Shown piece after piece: positions 1-8,505 of a stretch of 64,000 nucleotides of DNA (its first letter is position 1; every line of letters starts with the position of its first letter). The notes beneath the pieces are model-generated. The model worked only from the letters and a program-made list of their open reading frames with translations, was not told the DNA's origin and ran no database searches. The stretch is taken from the NCBI GenBank assembly GCA_963663765.2, contig CAXXUA010000005.1, forward strand, positions 832,001-896,000, in the 5' to 3' direction. The translations under genes and the position numbers were made by a program. The DNA comes from Candidatus Poribacteria bacterium (GTDB taxonomy: Bacteria; Poribacteria; WGA-4E; WGA-3G).

Positions 1-397
1 ACAGTTTTACCTTTACCTTTTCGTGCCGAAGTTGATGTGCTAATTTTCTTAAACCGATTTCGTCCTCACGTGTGGGAATTCCAATGGTCAATTGCTCTCG
101 AAATTCTTCTGCTAATTTCTTTTTTAGACGAAGTGCAGTTTGATTGTCGATACTATCTGTCTCTTTAATGACTCTCATAGCATGGCGTAGTTCTTCTTCA
201 GGTTTTTGATGCATCCCGACGAGTAAACGGCAGCATGCTTCATCTCCACCGTGCCAGTTGTCTATATATTCAGCAATTCGGCGCCACCCTCTGAGGTTAA
301 AATAGCCGACACAGAAGTCGGCATGAGTGGAGGATTCAAGGGTTTGTTTTAGTGCTTGAAGGAGGGGTTGGTTGATATTATCAAAGATTCTAGGCAT
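1..397 (-). CDS. N-terminus of PLD-like domain / SF2 helicase protein (RM-associated), runs off the window edge
   Basis: Manual translation from ATG at 397: MPRIFDNINQPLLQALKQTLESSTHADFCVGYFNLRGWRRIAEYID...CRLLVGM...FREQLTIGIPT...LRKLAHQLRHEKVKVKL, open to base 1. The DFCVGYFNLRGW and CRLLVGM motifs are typical of PLD-helicase proteins paired with type IIG-like methyltransferases. Confidence 0.75.
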   Translation of the reverse strand, partial: MPRIFDNINQPLLQALKQTLESSTHADFCVGYFNLRGWRRIAEYIDNWHGGDEACCRLLVGMHQKPEEELRHAMRVIKETDSIDNQTALRLKKKLAEEFREQLTIGIPTREDEIGLRKLAHQLRHEKVKVKL

Positions 398-481
398 ACG
401 AAGGTATTCCTTACTTTCGTAGATTTTCTTATGGTATTTTAACAAACGCTTCTAATTTCTGCAAGCGTATAACCTGAAATC

Positions 482-910
482 CAGGGTTATTTAGTTTTAG
501 GTTTTTTTGATGATTATTTGCTATAACGTTAATTTTATATGTTGCCATCTTGTCCATGTCTTTAGTCCCGCCAAATGCCATACGGGGAATGCCTTAATGG
601 CATTCATACCGTTGATTTGGCGCATTTGGCGTTGATTTGGTAGGGACGATATGTTTATAGAAAATGTTTTCAACCCCAATTGAGTTCCGTAGGAACGACA
701 TAGAAGAATAAACATATCGTCCCTACGGGACTAAAGAACTGTGGAGGGTATTCGTTTTCTATAAACATATCGTCCCTACGGGACTAAAGAGCGATGTTCA
801 TGTTTCAATAACCTAAAACTGATGCAGAAAGTTCGGTTAGGAAATCGAACCTTGGTATTAACTTTTAGTAAATCTCAATAACAGAAAACTCTTAAAACTA
901 AATAACCCTG
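482..910 (+). mobile_element. MITE family A (CAGGG...CCCTG termini) carrying REP hairpins
   Basis: 18-bp terminal inverted repeat CAGGGTTATTTAGTTTTA / TAAAACTAAATAACCCTG. Homologous copies at 3756-4278, 19415-19697 and 50540-50947. No target duplication in this copy. Confidence 0.85.
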
Positions 911-1031
911 TATTATTGGCGAAGGTATTGCTAATCGTTTACCTAATCGTTTACTTTTGCAATAGATCGGTTTCTATTCTTCGTATTACGAGCAAAAAAC
1001 GGCTATTTAGCACGCGTTTCAGGGAAAATCG

Positions 1032-1144
1032 CTTACCTAATCAGTTACCTAATCAGTTACCTAATCGTTTACCTAATCGTTTACCTAATCGTTTACCTAA
1101 TCGTTTACCTAATCGTTTACCTAATCGTTTACCTAATCGTTTAC
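1032..1144. repeat. 12-bp tandem repeat TTACCTAATC(GT/AG), about 9 copies, plus 2 copies at ~931-954
   Basis: Read directly. On the minus strand the unit is GTA AAC GAT TAG, repeating the stop codon of a remnant winged-helix C-terminus (ELRDMVDKGILTVVGKGRSTKYLQKVND*). Confidence 0.9.
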
Positions 1145-1196
1145 TTTTTGGAGGTATTTAGTGCTTCTTCCCTTTCCTACTACAGTTAATATTCCT

Positions 1197-1514
1197 TTAT
1201 CTACCATATCCCTTAATTCCACATGCTCCTTTCTGAACGATCTTGCATGTGTTAAGTTGAGTATGACGCTCAAGTTTTTCTAACAGAGAATCCAAATCGT
1301 CAACAGTAAAACTATTTAATCGTCCGGTTCTCAGTTGCGTCATTTTGTCAGTCGTGATTCCCAAGCAATGCGCAACTTCTTTTTGAGTCATTCCTTGTTC
1401 AGCAATTAAAGTATTGATCTCATAAGCCAATTTTGCTTTTGCCAATCTTTCATTAGGTGAAGGAAGTCCTAAATCTTTAAATACATTGCCTGAACTTAGC
1501 GTATAATTTGCCAT
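1197..1514 (-). CDS. XRE/HigA-like HTH antitoxin or transcriptional regulator
   Basis: SSGNVFKDLGLP...MTQKEVAHCLGIT...GRLNSFTVDDL, an HTH_37-type pattern. The C-terminal tail runs into the remnant of another gene. Confidence 0.8.
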   Translation of the reverse strand: MANYTLSSGNVFKDLGLPSPNERLAKAKLAYEINTLIAEQGMTQKEVAHCLGITTDKMTQLRTGRLNSFTVDDLDSLLEKLERHTQLNTCKIVQKGACGIKGYGR

Positions 1515-1524
1515 AATCTAATAT

Positions 1525-1728
1525 CTATTCTTCCCAAAAGTTTTCCACCGGAAACGGTTTACTGCGTCCTTTGTATATCAACTAAACCCGGATTGTCCCC
1601 GATCGACGCGGCGGTGGCATGGTTATAGCAGCATCCCAGTCAAGAAGATCTTCTTCGTTGTCCGATAGAATGGTGAAGCGTGTCTCCTGTTTTTTCTTAG
1701 TCGTGTTTGTGCATTGTGGTGTTTTCAT
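1525..1728 (-). pseudogene. Small hypothetical gene with an internal TAG
   Basis: MKTPQCTNTTKKKQETRFTILSDNEEDLLDWDAAITMPPPRRSGTIRV*LIYKGRSKPFPVENFWEE*. An AAGGAG RBS lies upstream and the reading continues in frame past a single stop. Confidence 0.5.
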
Positions 1729-1789
1729 AATCTTTTGTTCTCCTTTTACATAACAATTTTAACAGGAATTGGCAGTGATTGCAACCGTA

Positions 1790-3415
1790 TTACAAAGGAA
1801 AAAACTCACCCTTATTCAGCAGTTGAATGCTATACCATTTTACCTTCCATTTACCGACTGTGGAAGTAGTATTGTGTACCTTAAAATGTTCTCCTTCCTT
1901 CGGTAAATACTTTCTGTTTTTCAACCACTCCGTAGTTGACCGAAGACTGTTTGTCGTTTTTAACTTTGCTATTAGATGGTTAGACCTGATAACAGGAACG
2001 TCAGGAGATTGGACATTAGCATTCCCAATCCAATTCTCCGACACAACTACCCCTTCAAGTTTATAATTTGAATCAATGTTAAGTTTTTCCAATAATTGCT
2101 GGTTGTTGTCGGCATACGCTTGTTTAGATTTTTGGATTTGAGAGATACCCTTTTCAACCTCTTCAGATTTCTCAATAATTTCACGTGCTTCTGCAGGATG
2201 AATGAACCATTTGAGTTCTAACAGTAGACACACTTTTTCGGAATCACTTACAATTGCAAGATCAACATCTGGTAGGTTTGCTACACTTCCCAAAACGAAT
2301 CTAAAATCTTTATTGGACAAATCAGAGGTGATACTTTCTCTCATAAGAGTTTCTTTATTAGTAACTAATTTTTGATAAATATCTTTTTCAGATGGTAACT
2401 TGTTTAGAAGTATGGTTAAATTCCGTTCTGCTGCGGAACATATCCATAAATTCGGCATAATCGCATAGTCATTTGAATTTAGTTTTATTAAAGGTTGTAA
2501 TGCAGGATCAGGATGGCGTATTCCCTTATTTCCATAAGTTAAATCATCAAAGACACTTTGCACCTTTGCTTCTGACAACTTTGAATATCTGACTGTACGT
2601 CTTAATAGATCCTCATAGGCAAATACATAAATACTATCAGGGTAACCCAAACGAACCCGTCCTTGATCTGAAGCAAACTTCCGTGCGGTGAGATGAATAC
2701 CTGCTAACGCTGCAATAACTTCAAAAACTGCTCGAAAATCTTTCAACGTATAGCGACTAAACTCCCAATCTCCAGGTAGTGAAAACACCATGTCTTGGGT
2801 AGGTCTAATTATTGCGGATATCATATCAGAAACCATCCGTGGGTTCAGCTTATAACGGAATCTATCACCTTTTATCCTTAAGGTGTGCCTGATTGCATCG
2901 TTTGGTGATTTATCAAAATTTGCCAAAGACAAAGTTTGTTGCGATGATTCTATTTTATTCAAACGGTTATATGCTTCGTACCCAACGCCACCACAAAGGT
3001 CGTTCTTTGATTGAATAGTAGTTCCTTTAAGTTCTAATTCAATCCAATTGTTGCTGGCGAATGTGTATGCTGTAACAAAATCTGTATATTTTTGTCCTAA
3101 TTTGTACAAATCCTGAGATGCTTTGTGCCGTCTGTCATTATAAGCAAAAGGAACTTTACCACCTCGCTGGCACCCACGGTATAACCAGTTCATTGGATCC
3201 TTAAGTTCATAAACAAAATTATCAACAATCATAGCGCGTTCTTGAAGTGTTGAAGAGCCAATAATATCTTTGAACATCATATCCTCAGCATACGCCAGCA
3301 AATACCACGCAGCAGCTGCAAAAGGGAGTTTGAGAAGTGGATTAGATTTATAGTAGCTATCTATCTCTTTTTCCACTTTTCGCAATTCGGGTGAAACGCT
3401 ATCTGCACTACTCAT
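1790..3415 (-). CDS. Hypothetical protein with C-terminal PD-(D/E)xK (NERD-like) nuclease domain
   Basis: 541-aa ORF with LPDVDLAIV...LLLELKW...KGISQI; large uncharacterised N-terminal region. Confidence 0.6.
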   Translation of the reverse strand: MSSADSVSPELRKVEKEIDSYYKSNPLLKLPFAAAAWYLLAYAEDMMFKDIIGSSTLQERAMIVDNFVYELKDPMNWLYRGCQRGGKVPFAYNDRRHKASQDLYKLGQKYTDFVTAYTFASNNWIELELKGTTIQSKNDLCGGVGYEAYNRLNKIESSQQTLSLANFDKSPNDAIRHTLRIKGDRFRYKLNPRMVSDMISAIIRPTQDMVFSLPGDWEFSRYTLKDFRAVFEVIAALAGIHLTARKFASDQGRVRLGYPDSIYVFAYEDLLRRTVRYSKLSEAKVQSVFDDLTYGNKGIRHPDPALQPLIKLNSNDYAIMPNLWICSAAERNLTILLNKLPSEKDIYQKLVTNKETLMRESITSDLSNKDFRFVLGSVANLPDVDLAIVSDSEKVCLLLELKWFIHPAEAREIIEKSEEVEKGISQIQKSKQAYADNNQQLLEKLNIDSNYKLEGVVVSENWIGNANVQSPDVPVIRSNHLIAKLKTTNSLRSTTEWLKNRKYLPKEGEHFKVHNTTSTVGKWKVKWYSIQLLNKGEFFPL

Positions 3416-3432
3416 AATAAACCTTCTTTACA

Positions 3433-3677
3433 TCAATTCCCAAAACCCATACGATACTTGATGTCGTAGTTGATGATGAAGTCTAATTCCTCGTCTGTGA
3501 AGTTGTAGTGTTCGGCAAAGATACGGTAAATTTTATCAATGATGTGTTTACATTCTGTGAGTCTCCGCCATCCTCTGAGGTTAAAATAACCCACACATCT
3601 GCATGGGTGGAGGATTCAAGGGTTTGTTTTAGTGCTTGAAGGAGCGGTTGGTCAATATTGTCAAAGATTCTGGGCAT
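3433..3677 (-). pseudogene. Deletion scar: helicase 5' end fused to the 3' end of a type IIG/Eco57I-like methyltransferase
   Basis: Near-copy of 282-397 (MPRIFDNIDQPLLQALKQTLESSTHAD) with a small frameshifting deletion, then GYFNLRGWRRL joined to KHIIDKIYRIFAEHYNFTDEELDFIINYDIKYRMGFGN*. Confidence 0.75.
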
Positions 3678-3755
3678 ACGAAGGTATTCCTTATTTTGTG
3701 TAGATTTTCTTATGGTATTTTAACAGACGCTTCCAATTTGTGCAAGTGTATAACC

Positions 3756-4278
3756 CAGGGACCCAGAGTTATTCAGTTTTAAGAGTTTTCTGTTCTTGAG
3801 ATTTACTGAAAGTTAATACCCAGGTTCGGTTTCCTAACCGAATTTTACGCATCATTTTAATTTATTGAAAACTGAATATCGCTCTTTAGTCCCGACAAAT
3901 GCCATACGGGGAATGCCTTAATGGCATTCATACCGTTGATTTGGCGCATTTGGCGTTGATTTGGTAGGGACGATATGTGTATAGATAACGAATACCCTCC
4001 ACAGTTCTTTAGTCCCGACAAATGCCACACGCGCATTTGGCGTTGATTTGGTAGGGACGATATGTGTATAGATAACGAATACCCTCCACAGTTCTTTAGT
4101 CCCGTAGGGACGATATGTTTATTCTTCTATGTCGTTCCTACGGAACTCAATTGGGGTGGAAAACATTTTCTATAAACATATCGTTCCTACGGAACTAAAG
4201 ACATGGACACGAGGGTATTACAAAATATTAACGGTATAACAAAATACTATCAAAAATATTGAAAACTGAATAACCTTG
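3756..4278 (-). mobile_element. MITE family A, inverted copy
   Basis: Reverse-complement homologue of 482-910, flanked by direct repeat TGTATAACC (3747-3755 and 4279-4287). The left end is ragged (extra CAGGGACC). Confidence 0.8.
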
Positions 4279-4458
4279 TGTATAACCTGAAATGTTAACA
4301 CACTACATTTGACTATTTTACCATGTTGGGATATAATAATAACCCGTTGTTGAGAAGAACTCAAATAGAAAATAGAAACTGTGCCGAAATTCATGATGAT
4401 GCCGCCGCAAAGTTCAGAATCGCATACGTGGTCAGTATATCTAACATAAGGAAACCTG

Positions 4459-5961
4459 ATGAAAACGCTATTATTAGTAAATATGTCGACTCTTGCAGAG
4501 ACTTTTCCCGATGATGTCGTGGAAATAGAAAAATCGGTTGAGACGTTTGTACACACCCATAATGCTGAAGTGCTTGATATTGGTGATGTCTACAAGGAAA
4601 AGACAGGGAAGCCAATTGCAATTCCTACTTATCCCGACCCAGAATTAACTGCATTGGCGCGGGACATCAAATCTGAGATTATCTCAAAAACGGATGGAGA
4701 ATTGGATTGTCTCATTCTGGTAGGAGATGAAACCGTAATTCCGATGTGGGAAATTCAGTTGGGTAGACTGCGTATTCACACTGATTCCTTCTATTCAGAC
4801 TTAGATGGAGATGGTCTGCCTGAAGTCGTGACGACGCGTGTCCTTGGAAATCCTGAAGCGATGCAGCTGCAACTTAGTGAAGAATTTGAGACCGCAGGAC
4901 AGAACGCAACGATTTTGTGTTCGGAGGATACCCGTATACATTTAGAAACGCAGCGATTTCTTGATGTGTTGTCACAACAAGGACATGAGGTTGAAGTTCT
5001 CGGTAGGGGTGGGGCAGAATGCTTATCACAGTCGGATTTGATCATTCACTTTGGACATGGAAGTCCTCAAAGTCTAAACAATCGATTTGGTGAAATATTT
5101 GTAAGTGCGAAAGATATGCCAACTTTTCCACAACATCCAATTGCGATCATTAATGGATGTGCTACCACGCCTCCTGGGTCAACGTTGTTACGGGGGTTTT
5201 TGAATAACGGTTGCCGCACTTATCTTGGTAATACTGCAGTCGTTGCAGGAATGATTCCCGCGAGATATACAAACCAACTCATCATGAATTTTCTTACTGC
5301 CTATAAATCACATCCAGATTGGTCGGTTGTGAAATTATTTACAGAAGCTCGAGCAGAATATGCAAGTGTTGCTAAGATTACCAAGACATTATTGAAACTT
5401 GAAAAAACTGGTAGATTAAAGAGATTTAAGGGAGATTTGCAAACGCATCTGCTAACGTTCTTAGAGTGGAATGCCTACGGATCTCCATTATCTCTTCTAC
5501 ATCAAGGTGAAGCGAATCCTGTATTTGTTAAGCATCCACTGGTCAAATCCAAGGAAATTCTTAAAGCAGAAGGACAAAATACAATTGAGACCACTATTGA
5601 CATTACGGAGCAGGATGGCGAACCAATTCTTTATATTCAAGCAGATTGGCTGACTTCCGATTCTTCTTCACTTGTGCTTCGGATCCAACAAAATGGAAAG
5701 GCAATCCATGAATTAAAAGGAGATACACACATTGTTTTTCAACACATTGAAGACATTTGTGTCGGTGGTTATGTTGATGGTGATGTGTATCACGCTTATT
5801 GGTTGTTGCCACTGCAGAGAGTCGTTGGTGTAAACAGATTACGAATTGAACTTGTGACTCAATCGGCAGCGTTAACGATTTTGCCAGAATCAGCAGTCGA
5901 GATTTGGCCTGAATGGAAAACCATTTCTGCACCAGAGAGAAATTCACCAGATGTGTTGTGA
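4459..5961 (+). CDS. C25 (gingipain-like, caspase-hemoglobinase fold) cysteine peptidase
   Basis: LILVGDETVIP, DSFYSDLDGDGLPEV..TRV, catalytic-dyad motifs HFGHGS and IINGC, and late NAYGSP. Confidence 0.7.
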   Translation: MKTLLLVNMSTLAETFPDDVVEIEKSVETFVHTHNAEVLDIGDVYKEKTGKPIAIPTYPDPELTALARDIKSEIISKTDGELDCLILVGDETVIPMWEIQLGRLRIHTDSFYSDLDGDGLPEVVTTRVLGNPEAMQLQLSEEFETAGQNATILCSEDTRIHLETQRFLDVLSQQGHEVEVLGRGGAECLSQSDLIIHFGHGSPQSLNNRFGEIFVSAKDMPTFPQHPIAIINGCATTPPGSTLLRGFLNNGCRTYLGNTAVVAGMIPARYTNQLIMNFLTAYKSHPDWSVVKLFTEARAEYASVAKITKTLLKLEKTGRLKRFKGDLQTHLLTFLEWNAYGSPLSLLHQGEANPVFVKHPLVKSKEILKAEGQNTIETTIDITEQDGEPILYIQADWLTSDSSSLVLRIQQNGKAIHELKGDTHIVFQHIEDICVGGYVDGDVYHAYWLLPLQRVVGVNRLRIELVTQSAALTILPESAVEIWPEWKTISAPERNSPDVL

Positions 5962-5987
5962 TCTCCTAAGAATAGGCGTTGTTTCTG

Positions 5988-7184
5988 CTATAGTTCCTCA
6001 CTGTATTCGGGTTCTTTTGCTGGTCGGATAACCCATTTTTCAAAAATGGATCTGAAGGATTTTGCGTGTTCACCAAAATGGAGATACTGGATACTTTTCG
6101 TTGGGATTGACACCTCTCCGTAGATTGGTGAACGTCCAAACAGTTTTTCGCCTTTAACTTCAATCGGTTCAAAAATAAGGATTGGATTGTGAATCAACGC
6201 AAAACGAACAACGGTTTGTGACTCTTCTGTTTGTGGTTTGTCAGAATCTGTTTGTTGTATTTGGTTTATTTCAGTATTATCCTCACCTATTGCCAATGCC
6301 TCAAAATTCTCCTCACTAATATCTATGATCCGTGCAACCCTCTCTATGGGTATCCTCATCTTCTTCAACCTTGAATCAAACAGAATTGTTTCTTCATTGA
6401 AACTGAGTAGTTTACCTCGTTTTATATCCCCATTGCTTGCTACGAGTATGTGACTCGGTGGATCGTCGCGATTGAATCGTGGTACTGTAAGTGCGCGTTC
6501 AATTTTTTCATCCAAATTCTCAGTTTTGGTTTCAAGAGGGTCAACGTGCAGTTCAACTGCGCGCTTTAGAGCTAATGCATCATTTGCGGCAAAGTTTCCA
6601 CTGACAGCAATGTCTGTCGGTTTTTCCTTAGGGTCTCCAGGTGTGATTTTTATTTCTAAAGTGCCATCTTTGGGTCTACGCACTGTAGCTTCCAAAATAC
6701 GTCCATCTTCTAAAATGATACGGTTTTTATTTCCACCAGTAATAACAATAGGATTTCTGTTTTCCTTTCGTGTTTGTGTTTTTCCCCGAGAGAACTCAAT
6801 ACCTTTGATATGTGTTGCATCCATCCGCGTTGCACTGATAAATGGGGAACGAAAATGAATGTTGATCGCGTCGTAGGATATGACTTGGCATGGTATAACT
6901 TCACCGTTTTTTAAATGCACGAGATGTGGAAACGTATTTACACTAAAAGGTCGTAATCTTGAGATTTGTTTACTATTGCGCTGTATACGAATGGGCTCAT
7001 TTTTTGAAATGTTTACTGGTTCTGACATTCCTATTGGTTGCCATTTTACATTGGATTTGTCGTTAGTATCATATATCACATGTCCTCGGAGACTACCCAT
7101 TGGAAAAAATAATTGGTCATAATCTATGAGTTTACCTCTTGGCTGTTTTTTTTGAACCGAGTTGGAAGAGTGATAGTCCATCAA
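5988..7184 (-). CDS. C-terminal part of a large secreted SHD1-like repeat protein (probably frameshifted from 7132-8472)
   Basis: Repeated VHLKNGEVI / ASNGDIKRGKLL modules. Overlaps the upstream ORF at an A8 run. Confidence 0.55.
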   Translation of the reverse strand: MMDYHSSNSVQKKQPRGKLIDYDQLFFPMGSLRGHVIYDTNDKSNVKWQPIGMSEPVNISKNEPIRIQRNSKQISRLRPFSVNTFPHLVHLKNGEVIPCQVISYDAINIHFRSPFISATRMDATHIKGIEFSRGKTQTRKENRNPIVITGGNKNRIILEDGRILEATVRRPKDGTLEIKITPGDPKEKPTDIAVSGNFAANDALALKRAVELHVDPLETKTENLDEKIERALTVPRFNRDDPPSHILVASNGDIKRGKLLSFNEETILFDSRLKKMRIPIERVARIIDISEENFEALAIGEDNTEINQIQQTDSDKPQTEESQTVVRFALIHNPILIFEPIEVKGEKLFGRSPIYGEVSIPTKSIQYLHFGEHAKSFRSIFEKWVIRPAKEPEYSEEL

Positions 7185-8472
7185 GGGAACAAGTCATGGG
7201 TTCTTCTGTGAAGTTTGTCTGTATTACAACACTATCTTGTTCCATCTGCAGAACTTGACCTTTTATGACAGAACCGTCTAAATATGTTAATGTCATACCT
7301 TGTTTTATCGATGCCAATTCTTGGTCAGGTTGTATGAGTTGATCAATCTGTTGAAGATTGATGTTTGTGCGAGTACCATCCGTACCGAGAACGTAACTGT
7401 TATCATTTTCGACATATAATTTACCGTGATGAACATCACCATTCATCATGTTGACTCTCGGTTTAGTAAAATCAACTTCTTGGTTATTAAATTCCCCTGC
7501 TTGTTTGTAGACTTTTAACCGTTTGATCGTCAGGTCTTGTCCTCGGTTGTAGATATAGGGACCTGAAATCGCGGTAGTGGGACTAACAGTATCAAGTTTC
7601 AACAGCAAATTACCGTTCAGTTCAAAGATTTTCAACGTACTTGAGTTTTGGTCATAAGCAAGTCGCAAACGGAAGTTACGTCGGTCTGGTTCTATTGACA
7701 TGATAGGTTCAAATAGGGTTCCTTGAACGACAACAAGTTCGTTCACCCAGGTTTCTATTCGCAATGCTTCATATAGATTTTTTCCGAGAGCGAAAACAAA
7801 TTCTGGGGGTCGAGTTGTTGATTCAAATTCAAGGTCAATGACAAACTGTGCTGGCCATTTGAGAGGATAGTATAGGTTCGTTTTACCTATATCTGTTCGT
7901 GCCTGTCCGCCTTGGTCGGCATACCAACCGATCTGATGATTGTTTTTGTTGGATTGAATCTGCTGATTGTCTTTACCGTTTCCAACAGTTTCCCAGAAAG
8001 AGAGTTGCGATCCGTCAAAAACGAGATTTGAATGCTCACGACTTTCAAGTGAGTAAATTGAGGAACGGTTCACACGAAATGTGCCGAAGCTTTTACTCTT
8101 AAAAAGCAATGTGTTCTCGTCTGAACCAATTATGTCCGCAGTCCAACTATCCCCCGTCACCGTGGCAATCCGAAATGTCTCAATGTTTTTTGCAGAGGGT
8201 TTGGAGAAGACGATTGAATCCAACACAGACAAGTCAACATTGAGATCGTCTGTAAAGTGCGATGATTCCCATCGAATTTTGCCGGACTTACTGTCTATCA
8301 GTTTGCCGGTAAGGGTATCCCCATTTTTCCAGCGTAAAAGAGTTTCCTGTGCCAGTATTGTAGTAGGAAGCCACAGAACAGCAAGTGTAACGGCAACGAT
8401 GTATATTTTCTTTAGACATTTTCGCATTGGACTTTCCTTTTCTGTAAAATTCACATCATATTTTGGATTCAC
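7132..8472 (-). CDS. N-terminal part of a large secreted protein of the MoxR/vWA operon
   Basis: Signal peptide (MRKCLKKIYIVAVTLAVLWLPTTILA) and LRWKNGDTLTGKL modules. Removing one A from the A8 run at 7146-7153 fuses it to 5988-7184. Confidence 0.6.
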   Translation of the reverse strand: MNPKYDVNFTEKESPMRKCLKKIYIVAVTLAVLWLPTTILAQETLLRWKNGDTLTGKLIDSKSGKIRWESSHFTDDLNVDLSVLDSIVFSKPSAKNIETFRIATVTGDSWTADIIGSDENTLLFKSKSFGTFRVNRSSIYSLESREHSNLVFDGSQLSFWETVGNGKDNQQIQSNKNNHQIGWYADQGGQARTDIGKTNLYYPLKWPAQFVIDLEFESTTRPPEFVFALGKNLYEALRIETWVNELVVVQGTLFEPIMSIEPDRRNFRLRLAYDQNSSTLKIFELNGNLLLKLDTVSPTTAISGPYIYNRGQDLTIKRLKVYKQAGEFNNQEVDFTKPRVNMMNGDVHHGKLYVENDNSYVLGTDGTRTNINLQQIDQLIQPDQELASIKQGMTLTYLDGSVIKGQVLQMEQDSVVIQTNFTEEPMTCSLDGLSLFQLGSKKTAKR

Positions 8473-8505
8473 TTTGGTCTATCTAATTTTCTCGGTTGAT
8501 AGTAT

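Noticed and set aside
521-715. Short ORFs containing QINGMNA or GIHTVDL (also 29786-30061 and 57106-57486)
   Set aside because: They are translations of the MITE and mini-element sequences.
916-1161. LPNR-repeat protein on the + strand
   Set aside because: The frame stays open only because of a 12-bp repeat, has a TTG start abutting a MITE, and is better explained as the tail of a minus-strand remnant.
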